Assembly: GCA_002269645.1 (NCBI GenBank)
Contig: NIVC01001000.1
Coordinates: 268,326 to 332,325 of the forward strand
DNA length: 64,000 nt
Direction: 5' to 3'
Source of the DNA: Macrostomum lignano
Taxonomy: Eukaryota
Below are positions 29,801 to 45,922 of the stretch, one piece after another. Positions within the stretch are counted from its first letter, which is position 1; the number at the start of each line of letters is the position of its first letter. The position numbers and the translations under genes are program-made. The notes under the pieces were generated by a model. The model was not told where the DNA came from, ran no database searches, and saw only the letters and a program-made list of their open reading frames with translations.

Positions 29801-31275
29801 AATAGTAAAGGACAGGGGCACATCCCGCATGGTGATAAATTTCACCACTGCATGCTATGCAAAGTGTGTGCACTCACGCGGACAGGCATCGCTAGACTTG
29901 CATGGCTGCATCTGCATTGTCGTGACCGGGGAAGCTGTTTCGCTCTTGCCTTTGGCCTCGCTGAACCTGAAATATTTAGCATCTACACTGTATTGGTTTT
30001 CGCATTCTAACTCAGCCTACGAGCAACCAATCTAATTCAAAGCACAAACACACATGCTCTATGTGATTTTATCTTGTCTTCCTCCTTGACACTGGTGTAA
30101 ACAACCAATGCCGACACGGCACACAGTTTAAGCTTGGGTGTGGACAGCTGGCTAGCCTTTGAGCAAGCGTATTATAGGAATAGAGTTGAAGACTAGCAGG
30201 GTGAACTGTGTTGTTAAATGCTTTTTCACGTACATGGAATCAGTCTTTAGAGATATGTATATAAATAATTTTGCTTGTCATGTAACTGCAATCTCAGCAC
30301 TGCATATTAGGGTAACTTGAAGTCCGTGGCATTGAAATAAGCCATTTGGATGAGATAGATTGCTCGTAGGCTGAGTTAGAATGGGAAAACCAATCGTACG
30401 AGTATGTAGCGCTGCATTGACTTATAATCTAATTGAAGGCACTTGAGACTTCTTGAAATTTAGGTAGATAAAATAATTTTGATTTTCAGATTTTTCTTCA
30501 GCTTTCATCTGAAATAGTTTCCAAAAAGCGTCTATTTAAAAGTATAAATTTTCTAGAAACAAAGAAAGTCAATGAAAGTACGAAGATATTTCGAAGATAA
30601 AAATGTAGGGAATTTAGAATAATTCAGAAATTGCTGGAAATTATGATTATGAAATAATCATAGCCTCTTGCTTGGTCATTGAGCTCTTGGTCGGGGTGCA
30701 TCCCAAGGATCCGGACTCTGGAACTAATCTACCGTCAATAGGTCTCCATGTCTCTGATGTCTCAAAATGATGTCTCTCATGCCTCAAAACCCTTTTGATG
30801 AGACGAAATAATGATTCTATCAAAACTGCAACGATTTTATCTGGCTAAAGGCTAAAGAGAAAAACGTTCAAGAAGTCTGGCACTCGACCTAACGATAAGT
30901 ATAGGCATACCGGATCTTGTCTCCCGCGCTGCACCTGATGCTGTTGCTGCACTGCGCCCACTGCGTCCATACATACTTGACTCTGGCTTTGCTCGCTCGC
31001 GCCGGTCTAGACAAATTTCTGGTGCACAAGGGTCCCCTGTCTATGGAAATGCACACGGTGGTCACCGATAGGCCACCGATAATCAGGAAGATCAGCAGCA
31101 TCAGCGGGCACATTATTGCGCAAGGCATCCAGCTGCATTTGTGCGACATCGAGCGCTGCTGTCGGTTGGAATTTCCGGCTTGCACCTGCGACTGTTGCAG
31201 CTGCTGTTGCTGCTGGGGCTGCTGGTTGTGTTGAAAACCGATCGAACCGTGACTGGTTCCCGGCATGGTTTCCAT
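26844..31275 (-). CDS. G5: type II membrane protein with poly-Q tail, 4 TSRs and a Ser/Thr-rich linker; last exon unresolved
   Basis: Exons (minus) 31275-30911, 29966-29878, 29788-29600, 28716-28393, 27086-26844, with phases 2,1,1,1,1. TM ...PLMLLIFLIIGGLSVTTV, then CISIDRGPLC. TSRs WTQWAQC, WSYWMEWSSC, WSQWSAWSPC, WLQWSAWSAC. A candidate 11-nt terminal exon at 26336-26326 would add YLP*. Confidence 0.8.
27607..27923 (-). mobile_element. SINE family B, copy 2
   Basis: Reverse-complement match to 6409-6690, with an internal insertion. Confidence 0.75.
28960..29200 (+). mobile_element. Decayed 3' fragment of a non-LTR retrotransposon ORF2 (CR1/L2-like C-terminus)
   Basis: Broken frames give FRLANHKLACE and ESEVYFLFKC, resembling the R-x3-H-x-L-x2-E and ED-E-x-HF-x3-C motifs of LINE C-termini; stops and frameshifts present. 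Confidence 0.45.
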
Positions 31276-32813
31276 TGTATAGCGCGATTTGCAAGACCAA
31301 TTTAGTATTCGTTCTTAGTATTTGATCTTAGCGTGGACTCTGGTCTGTTTCAATCACAGAAAATAAGTTCTGTGGTTTCAATCGTAACTTAGCGCGTCAG
31401 ACAACAGAAGGCGCTGAATAGTCTTCTATTTCGTAAAGTGTCTATGGTTAATTGTTAATTTAACGTCGAGAAGAGCGTTACGTCTATATCTTTCTTAAAA
31501 ATAAATTAACTAGATCGTGTCATTCGCGTTGTCCATAAGACACGGCCTGACGTAATGACAAACTCAACTGGCCATTATTTCAGCTTTAGCAGGCGTTTGA
31601 ACCATAGACAATTAGTTAACTATCCATTTATTGACTGACATAAGGAAATAATGTTCGCCAACAGTCTACATCACATGTGGTATACATGGCATTCTGGAAT
31701 ACATTGAGTTGAAAAAAGATAGTCAAGACATTTTAGCCACCAAACAATGGATGGTTATTCATGAGACGTGCACGAGTGAGAATGAGGCGATTGTCCTGAA
31801 GTCTCACTTACGAAAATCCACATTGTCTAACTTCAGTGGATGGCCATAGACATAAAAGATGAGCCATAGACAAGATTAAACAGACAGGGGTTTAGTGGGT
31901 TAAGAGAAGAATAGAGAGGAAACATTGATAAGCTACCTACATAAGCTTGACTATGGTGGAGGACGAGAAATCTTATTTGATCAACTGGGCAAATCTGCCT
32001 GTCGAAAGCTTAGCCAACGTAACTAGCAGCGAACTTAATTGGATCTCGCAAGTCTTTTTATCAGGGAAGGACATGAGGGACAATGAAGATTTTTTGAACC
32101 TTTTGAACCTATCTTGCACTTTCTTGGAGGCAGGTGATACTGACGAGGATTGTCGGAGGCACCAGGAGATTTTGTTCAAAGCAGAAAGAAGCGAGGAATC
32201 AACTACCTCTTACTTAAGGACCTTAATGAAGGCGCTGAGTAAAGAAGTCTAGCTGTCGAAGGAATACACGAATCAGCATCCGGTAAGTTGGTGGGTCGAT
32301 GAAAGTATATTTGACTTTTCCGATGTGTTTGTACGATTGAAATTAACTTGAATTTCCCTGGTCTTGCATCCTGCTCCGTTTACTAGAGTTAGCAGAGTGT
32401 GCGACCTGGAATCGGAAGGGCATTCAATGAGCGAGATCATAGCTATTACGGGTCGAAAATCCGAGAGCACCGTCCGGCGATACCTATAGATAAAACAGCA
32501 CGAATCCTTGCAAAAATGCAGCGATGCAGTGTCGCGTGCTCTGAACATGGGGGAAAATGCACAGACCCACGGTCATGTAACAATGCCTGCAGACATCAGC
32601 ATCCAGAGATCGGCAGATGAACGGCCGGAGTATCTTCATAGTAAAAAATTGTACTTTCAACAATTGTCAACTGTAATGGAGAATGGTACTGTGACAATTC
32701 TGCGGTACTTATGGAGACTTATTCTCACCATTCATATTTTATTGCGTTTATTCTTTCCTGTTCGCGTTGTTTAAAGAAAGAATTGCATCGTTGTTTCTGT
32801 TCTAAAAATAACC

Positions 32814-33905
32814 CATTGTTTAGCAATTTGACGATCATTATTCACATTTTTAATGCAGAACAATCCATTACTACAAACAATGCAGGATCGTCAAACAGAA
32901 AAACAATGCAAAGAATCAGCGGTCGCAGTGCGTGACAACGATTGTCTATGGCTCGCGCCGGACTGGGACCGCTGATTATTTATCCATTGTTATCCCGAGG
33001 TCAACAGCATTATCCAGAGGTTTCAAGCATGGATGAAGGATGAAGAAATATATGGGTGTGAATCAGGTTTGACCATAGACACTTTCATTATCATAAAGGC
33101 TGATTTTTTACAATGGAAAACGCGCACATTGAGCACAAAAACAACACAGTAGTCATAGACTGTTCATCATAAGTTGCTCATTAAAACCGAAACGTGCAAT
33201 TCTTGAAGTGACAGTTCTCGAAGAAGCGAACTGCGCGTTCCGAATCCATCCGACCTGCAGATTAATGGACAATGTAAAAAATTCACAGTTTCTACGAGCG
33301 TATGTAGCCATTAGTGTAGCCACAAATTTACTTGCAATGTTGACATACTATGCTTACCATGCTTTACCCGCATCTCCTGTGTCATCTCCACTGAAGCATA
33401 GGTCGCACGGTTCGTTCAGTCATCGACAAGCAGATTTTTCCAATTAATAAGCGGGGCTGTTTGAAGAGATGCACCAGCCATAGTTGTTTGACAAGGCAAA
33501 TAAGCTTTCCCTAGCACTACCCGCTTTCCTGATTTCTTGCAAGACGCAAACGAAATCAGCACTCATCACAGTGTGTCTATGTCAAACTAAAACACATCTC
33601 AGCCGTCTATGGGTAAAATAACTACCAAAACAGCCAATTAAAGCATGATAAAAAAGTGTGAAATAATGACCGCTTCCGGCACGCTGAAATAATGGCCGCC
33701 AGACTACGCAATGCTGAAACAATGGTAGATTGTATAGTATGCAACTGAGTTGAATAATGGATAAATAATCGTTGTCACGTGCTGCGACCGCTGATTCTTT
33801 GCATTGTTTTTCTGTTTGACGATCCTACAGACAATGCATTATTTGTAGTAATGGATTGTTCTGCATTAAAAATGTGAATAATGATCGTCAAATTGCTAAA
33901 CAATG
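32814..33905. mobile_element. ~1.1 kb MITE-like element with ~125-bp terminal inverted repeats
   Basis: 32814-32943 (CATTGTTTAGCAATTTGACGATC...GACAACGATT) is the reverse complement of 33768-33905. No coding capacity or TSD seen. Confidence 0.75.
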
Positions 33906-34764
33906 ACGTTGCGTAGTAGGTATAGGGCCTGAGATAATGGCCATAGACACTCGTGCGCTACTCGTGTTTGGCCATTATTTCAATCCCCTACGAGAGATAT
34001 TCAACGATTCTTGTCGAAGACACTGTTGGCAAGGACAACCAACAATACACTGTATAAACCTTTATGGTGAATGGTCTTATGGTTTATGGTCCGTTGAAGG
34101 TCCCGAAGGTCGCCTGTATGTCTACAGGTCAACCTAGAGGGTCGCCATTGTCCATTTCATTCACCGATTATGTCTACTGACTGCATGAATGCTGCATGCA
34201 GAAGAGGATTATTCCATTTCAGTTTTGGGAACACAGCCATCTCTGAGATGCCGATCGGGTGCTTTTGTTGAAGGTCCCGACGGTCGCCGCCGATGCTCCA
34301 GACGTTGATGAAGGGAACCCTGGTGCATGGGATGCGGAGAGCAAAGGCCTCTACGACTGATATGCATAGTTTGTTCAGCCGATGTGGTTTCTTGATGAGA
34401 TTTTGTGGGCAGAAAAATGTTGGTGGTTTTGCCACCAGACACCCTGAGGAGAATCGTCGAATATCTCGACGATGCCGATTTTTCGTGATTCTCGAAGTTG
34501 CTCCATCGAATAGAGCGGAAAATTTTAGCCCGTGTTCTGGATTTTCATGGCAATTGGTTGAATATTCTTGGAGATCCAGACAAAGGAAAAATGTGTGTAT
34601 TTGAAATACACCCTATGGTATTTCTACTGTTAATGACTGAGAGCCTTGACATTTAGTCAAGAGTGAAAGCCTTGACCACTCTCGTGAAGTGTTCCAGGGC
34701 GGGTGCCTTTTAACTCCGCACAGTATTGGCACCCACAATTGTCGGACTTGGCTTCTGGTTTCTT

Positions 34765-37035
34765 TCTCCTAATACTAAAACCGACGCGATGTTTGTCTGT
34801 CTGTCTGTCTGTATGTAGCAAGTGAACTCCTACAATTCTGCCAAGTCAGCGTCGAAACTTATATGGGGAAACTGCAAATTTTCCGGAGCAGGCTTTAGGC
34901 TATTTTAATTTTTAATTTTCTCATTTTAACATCCCTAAAAAAGCAGAAAACTGCTTTTTTAACCCTCAATAACCTTATTTGGCCACTCTGACTGGGGCTG
35001 CAGCCAGTTTGTAAAAATAGCCACCCCAACCTCCGCCCGCGGGCCGCTGTGTATTGAGGGGTGGTAGGTGCGCGTGTTCTGGGTTCAATGCAAATAAAAC
35101 CCCCCGCGTGTTGGGGGGTTGAGTTAAATTTAATGCTTCCCCCAGAACGGGGGTTGGGCTTGGGCTGAGTGTACATAGCAGTTGTACAGTGTAAACAGAT
35201 AGACTGTGTCGAGATTCAATTGGTTTTATTATTGGCGCCTTTTTTCCATTGGCAGCCCTGTGTATTGTTTGGCAGTGAAATTCAATGAATAAACTTGCGA
35301 GCTTCTCTATCTCACTCAAGCAAGCAGTCGGGAAATTGGTAAATTTCAAACGCTAACTGTTCCTCGAGTTTTAAACTTTGAGAGGAGACACTTATATTGC
35401 TGGAAAGATCTTGCAACGCTGAGTTCGGGGATAAAAGTTGTTTGCTTTATATATGAAAAGAAAAAGCACCGCATTTAAAAAACTATTTGCATACTTTTAA
35501 CTTTGCAAAAATTGTACTCAGTTTTGCGAGACGAATAGATAAAGTTGGGGGGAGGGTTCAACTTCTCACTGCTGCTGTGTATTGGAGGGTTGATTTAGAT
35601 TGCGCAATGTTTTTGTTAACTTTAACTGAGACTGATACTGACTGACTGTGAAATCGGTTGCGCAGTGAATTGATTCAATTAGTTCAATATTTTTTATCAG
35701 TGCCTTTTAACACGAAGCTGTGCGTAGTTCTAACCCTAACCCTAACCCTAACCCTAACCCTAACCAATGAATCCGGAGAGTTGAGTTGTTTGACGGAAAA
35801 AATTCGATTGAGTCCAGTTTAGCGGAGACGATTTCAATGTTTTAATTTTGACGGACAGGATTTCTGTTTCGTGGAGAGGATTTCGATGGTGTTCAGTTTC
35901 ACGGAGAGGATTTCGATGGTTTTCAGTTGTACGGACAGGATTTTTCTGCTTCGCGGAGAGGATCTTGATGGATTTGGCATCTTCAATTAGTCAGAGAAGA
36001 GAGTAAAGAGAAGAATGAAAAGAGAAGAGAGATGAGATGATAGAAAACAGAGTAGAAATGAGTGGAGAGATTAGACATGACAGATGGGAGAGAAGAGGGG
36101 AGTAAGGCGGGAACGAAGGAGAGAGAAGAGAAGAGGAGAGAGGAGATGAAGGAAGAGGATATGAGAGAGAAGATATGAGATAGAAGAGAGGAGACAGGAC
36201 AGAGAAGAAAAGAGGGATAAGAGCGCACAGAGGCAATAGAAGAGAGGAAAGAGAGGAGAGAGGTGAGAGTTGAGAGGAGAGAGATGAAAGATCAGAGATC
36301 AGAGATTTGAGAGAAGAAAGTAGTGAGGAGAAAGAAGAGGGTAAAGATGAGAGTGCAGAGAGGAGAGAAACGAGAGGAGACAGGTGGTAGAAAGGAGTGT
36401 AAAAACAGGAGATAAGAAAGGAGAGAGTGAGAGTGAGAGCATATAGGAAAGTGTAAAAGGGGAGCAGAGTAGAGAGAATAGATAAGTGAGTAGAGAAGAG
36501 ATATGAGAGAGGAGAGACGAGGGGAGAGAGGAGACAGGAGAGAGTAAATTTGAAAGACCTGGGAGAAGAGATAAATAAGATAGTACAGATGAGAGGAGAG
36601 AGATGAGAGATGCAAATAGAAAAGAGATAAGTGAGAAAAGAGAGAGAGAGAGATTTGAGAAGAGAGGGGAAAAGATGAGAGGAGAAAGGAAAGGGGAGAA
36701 GAAAAAATGGAGAGGAGAGAAAAGAAAGGTGACAAGAGACGGTAGTAAGGAGGGCAGAAAGATGGAAGATAAGAAAGGAGAGGGTGATATGAAAGATATG
36801 AGATATGAGAAATGAGAGCAGAGACATGAGAGTCCGAGTCTGGACAATGCCAGTGAGTTTTTGCAAATAGGGAAAACAAGATATCCGGTAATTGAAATGC
36901 ATTGTAGAGGATTTGGAGATGATTTGGAAGATGGGATTCAAGTCATGGAATTTCAGCTGATGGGAGTTCTTCCCCTTCAGAATTCCAGTGATGGGAGTTC
37001 TTCCCCTTTCTCCTCCAGAGGAGGAGTTCCACTCG
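34765..37035 (+). mobile_element. Non-autonomous Helitron-like element, subfamily 1 (GA-rich core)
   Basis: 5' CTAATACTAAAA followed by (TCTG)n. Shares CCACCCCAACCTCCGCCCGC with the elements at 37056-44970. 3' hairpin CTCCTC-cagag-GAGGAG (37010-37026), then CTCG|T. Confidence 0.55.
35730..35765. repeat. Interstitial telomeric repeat (CCCTAA)n, ~6 units
   Basis: Direct reading. Confidence 0.85.
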
Positions 37036-37055
37036 TCTTAAACTATAATCATATC

Positions 37056-40173
<3,118 letters not shown>

Positions 40174-41440
40174 TCTATCTATAAAAATCAAAACTCTGTG
40201 TGTGTGTCTGTGGACAATTTCGTTCGCTATGGACTCCCAAACCACTCAACCAAATGACACCAAACTTTACACCCACCCTAAATTTACTACGGAGAATGTC
40301 TTAGGCTACTTTTAAATTTCCTAAATTTGAGTCTTCCTACCTAAAAGTGCAAAAAACTGCTCAAAATGCGCGATTTTTTCACTTAATCCTCCATAGCGCC
40401 GCTCAACTTCTACCGATTCTCTTCAAATTTGACACAGACAATTTTCAACTATTTTGACACAATCGTGTAAAATTTCAAGTCTCAAAGTTAATCCTGAACG
40501 GCGCTGTGCACTTTTAAAGTTAGGCTGTTTTTTTCAGCGTAGCAACCACCCCAACCTCCGCCCGCCTGCTTCTCTTTCCCGATCTGGGCCCAGATGTGTA
40601 AAAGGGTTTCAAAATTGACTAACTTTCAGCTGCCATAAGTTTGCTCCACGTAAAGCGATTGACTTCAAACTTGACACAATTCTTCATTGACTCATTCTCT
40701 ATCTAAATGTAAAGTTTCAACTCTGTAACTCAACCGAAAAAGAAACTGTAAGCGTGTGAAGTTTGTCTGCTTTTCTGTTGTTTTTGTCACTCACTCACTC
40801 ATTCCCTCAGAGCCAGACGAAGGGTCAGGCGATAGGACTGAATGTACATAGCAAATGTACAGTGTTTTGGAATAACTTTATTTATAGCCTTCTCCTCACC
40901 CCGAGAGTGGAGAGGCTACGTTTAGCCATGACAGTTTAGTGAGAAATTCTAACCCCTGCCCTCCCCTCTGTATTGGCAAACTCTGCAGCAGTTTAACAGT
41001 GGATGGCAATTGGCAAATCGAGAGGGAATCCACTATCCAGCAGGGTTTGTAAAAGCGAAGGATTTATGAAAAGGCGATGCGATGCAATGCAATGCAATAC
41101 AACCCTACTAAATTAGGCACACCATGGAAATTTTAGGTTTCTTTTAAAGGTACTGTGTAAATTTTAAATGGCCTCCTAAGAAATGCGTATTTCCTTGGTT
41201 GTTAGACTGATGCAAATTGCAGACTGCAGTGGAGCTGAAGATACACAAATTCCTTTCAGGGCTGCAAATTAGCAAGAAAGATGACGTGATCTAAGCATGA
41301 GAACAGATGAGAGATTACAGAGACGAGAGGAGAGAGGAGAGACAAAGGTAGAGAAGTGAGTGAGGAGAGAGGAGAGGAAAGAGGAGAATGGAGAGGGGAT
41401 AGAGTAGAGAGAGGAGGAGAGATAAGAGAGAAAGACAGAG

Positions 41441-41527
<87 letters not shown>

Positions 41528-41912
41528 GGGGAGCAGAGAGAAATGAGAAGAGATAAGAGAGATAAGATAAGAGAAAGGAAAGATGAGAGAGCAAAGATGA
41601 GAGATAAAAGAGGTGAGGGAAGAGACGAGAGAAGAGGGGAGAGATGAGAGAGTAGAGGAGAGAGTTAAGAGAAGAGAGAAAAGAATAGAAAGGAGAAGGA
41701 AGATAAGAGAGAAGAGGGGTGAGAGGAGAGAGGAGAGGGGGAGAGAGGAGAGAGGAGAGGAGAGAGAAAACGAAAAAAGTAGAGAGGAGAGAGGAGAGGA
41801 GAGAGAAAACGAAAAAAATAGAGAGGAGAGAGGAGAGGAGAGAGAAAACGAAAAAGTAGAGAGGAGAGAGGAGAGGAGAGAGAAAAGAAGAGACAAGAGA
41901 TGAGATAAGAGT
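40174..41912 (+). mobile_element. Helitron-like subfamily 2, copy 2 (diverged, 3'-truncated)
   Basis: Joined tail-to-head to copy 1 (CTTG|TCTATCTATAAAAATC); shares the first ~700 bp and lacks the 38100-38470-type insert. Confidence 0.65.
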
Positions 41913-41947
41913 CTCTACCTATAGACTCTTTCAGGTCTTTAAGAGTC

Positions 41948-44281
41948 TCTACCTATAAAAGTCAAAACTCTGTCTGTGTGTGGACAATTTTGATCGCTAT
42001 GGACTCCCAAACCGCTCAACCAAATGACACCAAATTTTACACCCACCCTAAACTCACTACGGAGAATGTCTAAGGCTACCTTTAAATTTCCTAAATTTGA
42101 GTCTTCCTACCTAAAAGTACAAAAAACTGCTCAAAATGCGCGATTTTTTCACTTAATCCTCCATAGCGCCGCTCCACTTCTACCGATTCTCTTTAAATTT
42201 GACACAGGCAATTTTCAACTATTTTGACACAATCGTGTGAAATTTCAAATCTCAAAGTTAATCCTGAAAGCCGCTGTGCACTTTTAAAGTTAGGCTGTTT
42301 TTTTCAGCGTAGCAACCACCCCAACCTCCGCCCGCCTGCTTCTCTTTCCCGATCTGGGCCCAGATGTGTAAAAGGGTTTCAAAATTGACTAACTTTCAGC
42401 TGCCATAAGTTTGCTCCACGTAAAGCGATTGACTTCAAACTTTACACAATTTTTCATTGACCCATTCTCTATCTTAATGTAAAGTTTCAACTCTGTAACT
42501 CAACCGAAAAAGAAACTGTAAGAATGTGAAGTTTGTCTGCTTTTTCTGTTGTTTGCCGCTCATCCAACTCATTCCCCCAGACGAAGGATCAGGCGATAGG
42601 GCTCAATGTACACAGCGAATCTACAGTGTTTTGGAATAACTTTTTAATAGCCTTCTCTGTACCCCCCGCGAGTGGAGAGGCGTGGAGAGGAGAGAGTTTA
42701 GCGAGAGATTCAATTTCAAACCATCAAACCACGACCCTCTGAATAGACAAGTCGCAGCATGCAGTTAAACAAGGATGGCAAATCAAGGCGATACGGGATG
42801 GTTTATAAAAATATCTAAAAATTAATGAATAACTGATTACAATGCAATCCTACTTAATTGGTTACACCATGAAAATTTTAACATTAAGATTCGCATAAGG
42901 TACTTTAAAATTTAAATGGCCTCCTAAGAAATGCGTATTTCCATGGTACTGCTGCAGACTGTGGTGGTGGAGCTGGAGCCTCTTCATATCACCGATTCGA
43001 AAAACGGAACCGGTTCGGAACCAGTTCGACGCTCTTCATATTGATGGTTCGAAAAACAGAATCAGTTCCGGAACATGGTTCTGGTTCTAGAATATGGTTC
43101 GAGAAATTTTGTCGAACCGTTGTCATGTTTACACTTTAACAGTAAAATATATTTGAAATCGTCAATTTTTTATTATTGTTATATAATTATTCCTTTTCTG
43201 TCATATCCAAGAGGAAACAAAGTCAAAGAACGACAAAATTAAATTGTAAAGACTGTCAAACATAAAATGGGTTCGAAGCTCCTCATTTCACACTGGTTCT
43301 GGTTCTAGAACTCGAATTTATTCTGGTTCTAGAACCGATTTTCGTGAAGAGGCTCCTGGAGATATACAAATTTCTCTCAAATTCCTTTCAGGGCTGCAAA
43401 TTGGCAAGAAAGATGACGTGATCAAAGCATGAGAACAACCATGAGAGTACTACGTCCCACAAACTGGCTTTCCAAGCAGGGATGGGCATACTTTTACCTC
43501 AAAGGCCAGATAAAGAATCCAGCTCATAGCTGAGGGGCAGATGAAAGTGGAAAGAAGAAGGAATAGACGATTCGAAGAGAGGAGAGGCGACAGAGGGGAT
43601 AAAAGAAAAGATAAAAGATAATAGGAGAGATGAGGGGGTGAGGACGATGAGAGAGAGGGGAGAAGAGGGGAGAGAGGAAAAGCGAGAGGAGAGAGTAGAG
43701 ATGAGAGAGCAGAGCAGAGAGCTGCAGATGAGAGGAGAGAGGAGACAGCAGAGAGGAGAGCAGAGAGGAAACAGGTGAAAGAAGAGATGAGAGAGTAAAG
43801 GGAAGAGAGAAGAGATAAAGATACATCTCTACATCTCTAAGGTTCTAGAGATGAGAGAGGTGGAAGAAGAGATAAGAGATAACGGAGAGAGGAGAGTGGA
43901 GTGAGAGAAGAGAGGGAGACAGAGTATAGAAAAGGGAAGAGAAGAGAAAAGAAGAAAGGAGAAAGGAAAGTGAGGAGTCAAAAGAGGGAAAGAAAAGAAT
44001 ACAGAGGAGAGAGGTGAGAGAACATATAAGACAGAGATGCTAGATTAAAGAGGGGGGTGAGAGAGCAGAGACGAGAGTGAACAGATAAAAGATGGGAGAG
44101 TAGAGAGAACAGAGGAGAGGTTACAGAGACGAGAGGAGAGAGGAGAGACAAAGGTAGAGAAGTGAAGTGAGGAGAGAGGAGAGGAAAGAGGAGAATGGAG
44201 AGGGGAGAGAGTAGAGAGAGAAGGAGAGATAAGAGAGAAAGACAGAGAAGAGAGAGAGAGACAGAGAAGAGAGAGAGAGAC

Positions 44282-44359
<78 letters not shown>

Positions 44360-44970
44360 AGAGAGAAATGAGAAGAGATAAGGAAAGGAATGATGAGAGA
44401 GCAAAGCCGAGAGAGAAAAGAGGTGAGGGAAGAGACGAGAGAAGAGGGGAGAGATGAGAGAGTAGAGGAGAGAGGAGAGGGGGGAGAGAGGAGAGAGGAG
44501 AGGAGAGAGAAAACGAAAAAAGTAGAGAGGAGAAAGGAGAGGAGAGAGAAACGAAGAGACAAGAGATGAAATAAGAGAGATGAAATAGAAGAGAGATGAG
44601 GGAAGATACGAGAGAAGAGGGGAGAGAGGAGAGAGGAGAGACGAGGGACGAGAGAGATGAGAGGAAACAAAGAGACGATAGAAATTTTAAAGGATCCAAG
44701 GGACGTAGGGAGAGTCAGGGAAAGACCAGAGTTTAGCAATATATGTTTTAGAGTCAGACAGACATTGCCTGACATTCTGCGCAGTACCCCAGCCAACAAT
44801 GTCTCAAACCCTAATTTTACACGAATGTGCTCCATTTTATGTCTACCTCTATCCTACTAACTATTAACAAGTTTTTGTTTGTGTATGGCCTTAGATTTCA
44901 GAATACATGCAAAAGTAGTTCCGGGGATTGGAATTCCCCGGGTTCAAAATCCGCGGGTTTCAACAGCTTG
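41948..44970 (+). mobile_element. Helitron-like subfamily 2, copy 3
   Basis: 5' TCTACCTATAAAAGTC; colinear and highly similar to copy 1 through the same 3' end CAACAGCTTG|T. Confidence 0.7.
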
Positions 44971-45582
44971 TCATATCATATAATGCATGTAACTCATCAC
45001 GCTAATACTCATTCTCATTCTAATACCTCATACTCGTACTTTTACTTATAATCATGCAATTTTAGCTGCAACTTATGAAAAAATGAAGATGCCCATCGCG
45101 TTGTTAGAACTATATGTATACCGCAAAAAATGTCACGACAGTCATATTATATGAGTTTAATTACGCTCATAGCAATCTGTATTTTTTTATTCTAGCGCTT
45201 TTTTCCTTGAAGGTGATGATTTAAGAAAAATATTAGTTTAAAAAAGAAGCATCTTTGCCTCAATTTTATGCTTAAGAAGATTCAATATAAAATATAGTGG
45301 ATTTTTTTCATAAATTTTTATCTGTGTGTACACGGTGATATACATGAGCTATTTATAATTAATAGAGTACGGTACTAAGGCAAAAAATTGCAAGCCGACT
45401 TCTTCCCCCGGGATCCGACGCAGCTCTCACTTTAAGATCGCTGTTTGAACCATCTGCCGTGTTTTGTTTGATGAACTGCAGGCTGATCAGTTCTGTTGTG
45501 GGGGCCCATCTTGCAGAGGCTGTAATGTAAAATTACGTGATAATTTACTCAAAACTGAGTTTTTCGTAGCCAAAGACCTTTA

Positions 45583-45848
45583 GCATCAAGGGGCTTTAGC
45601 ACCAAGGGGCTTTAGCACCAAGGGGCTTTAGCACCAAGGGGCTTTAGCACCAAGGGGCTTTAGCACCAAGGGCTTTAGCACCAAGGGGCTTTAGCACCAA
45701 GGGGCTTTAGCACCAAGGGGCTTTAGCACCAAGGGGCTTTAACACCAAGGGGCTTTAGCACCAAGGGGCTTTAGCACCAAGGGGCTTTAGCACCAAGGGG
45801 CTTTAGCACCAAGGGGCTTTAGCACCAAGGGGCTTTAGCACCAAAGGG
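45583..45848. repeat. 16-bp minisatellite (CCAAGGGGCTTTAGCA)n
   Basis: Same unit as 1-273; ~75 nt downstream of the G6 stop. Confidence 0.95.
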
Positions 45849-45922
45849 CGGAAGTTTTTGATCAATATCAACTCCAATTTAATGTATTTGCTTTAAGTGG
45901 ACATGCTATGTGCAAACCTACT

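Noticed and set aside
33937-34137. ORF with GEWSYGLW and several Cys, a possible extra TSR exon
   Set aside because: WxxW spacing and the RxR strand are absent, with no compatible splice sites or partner exons.
35730-35765. Telomeric repeat as a chromosome end or healing site
   Set aside because: Only ~6 units, embedded within a repeat element with continuous sequence on both sides.
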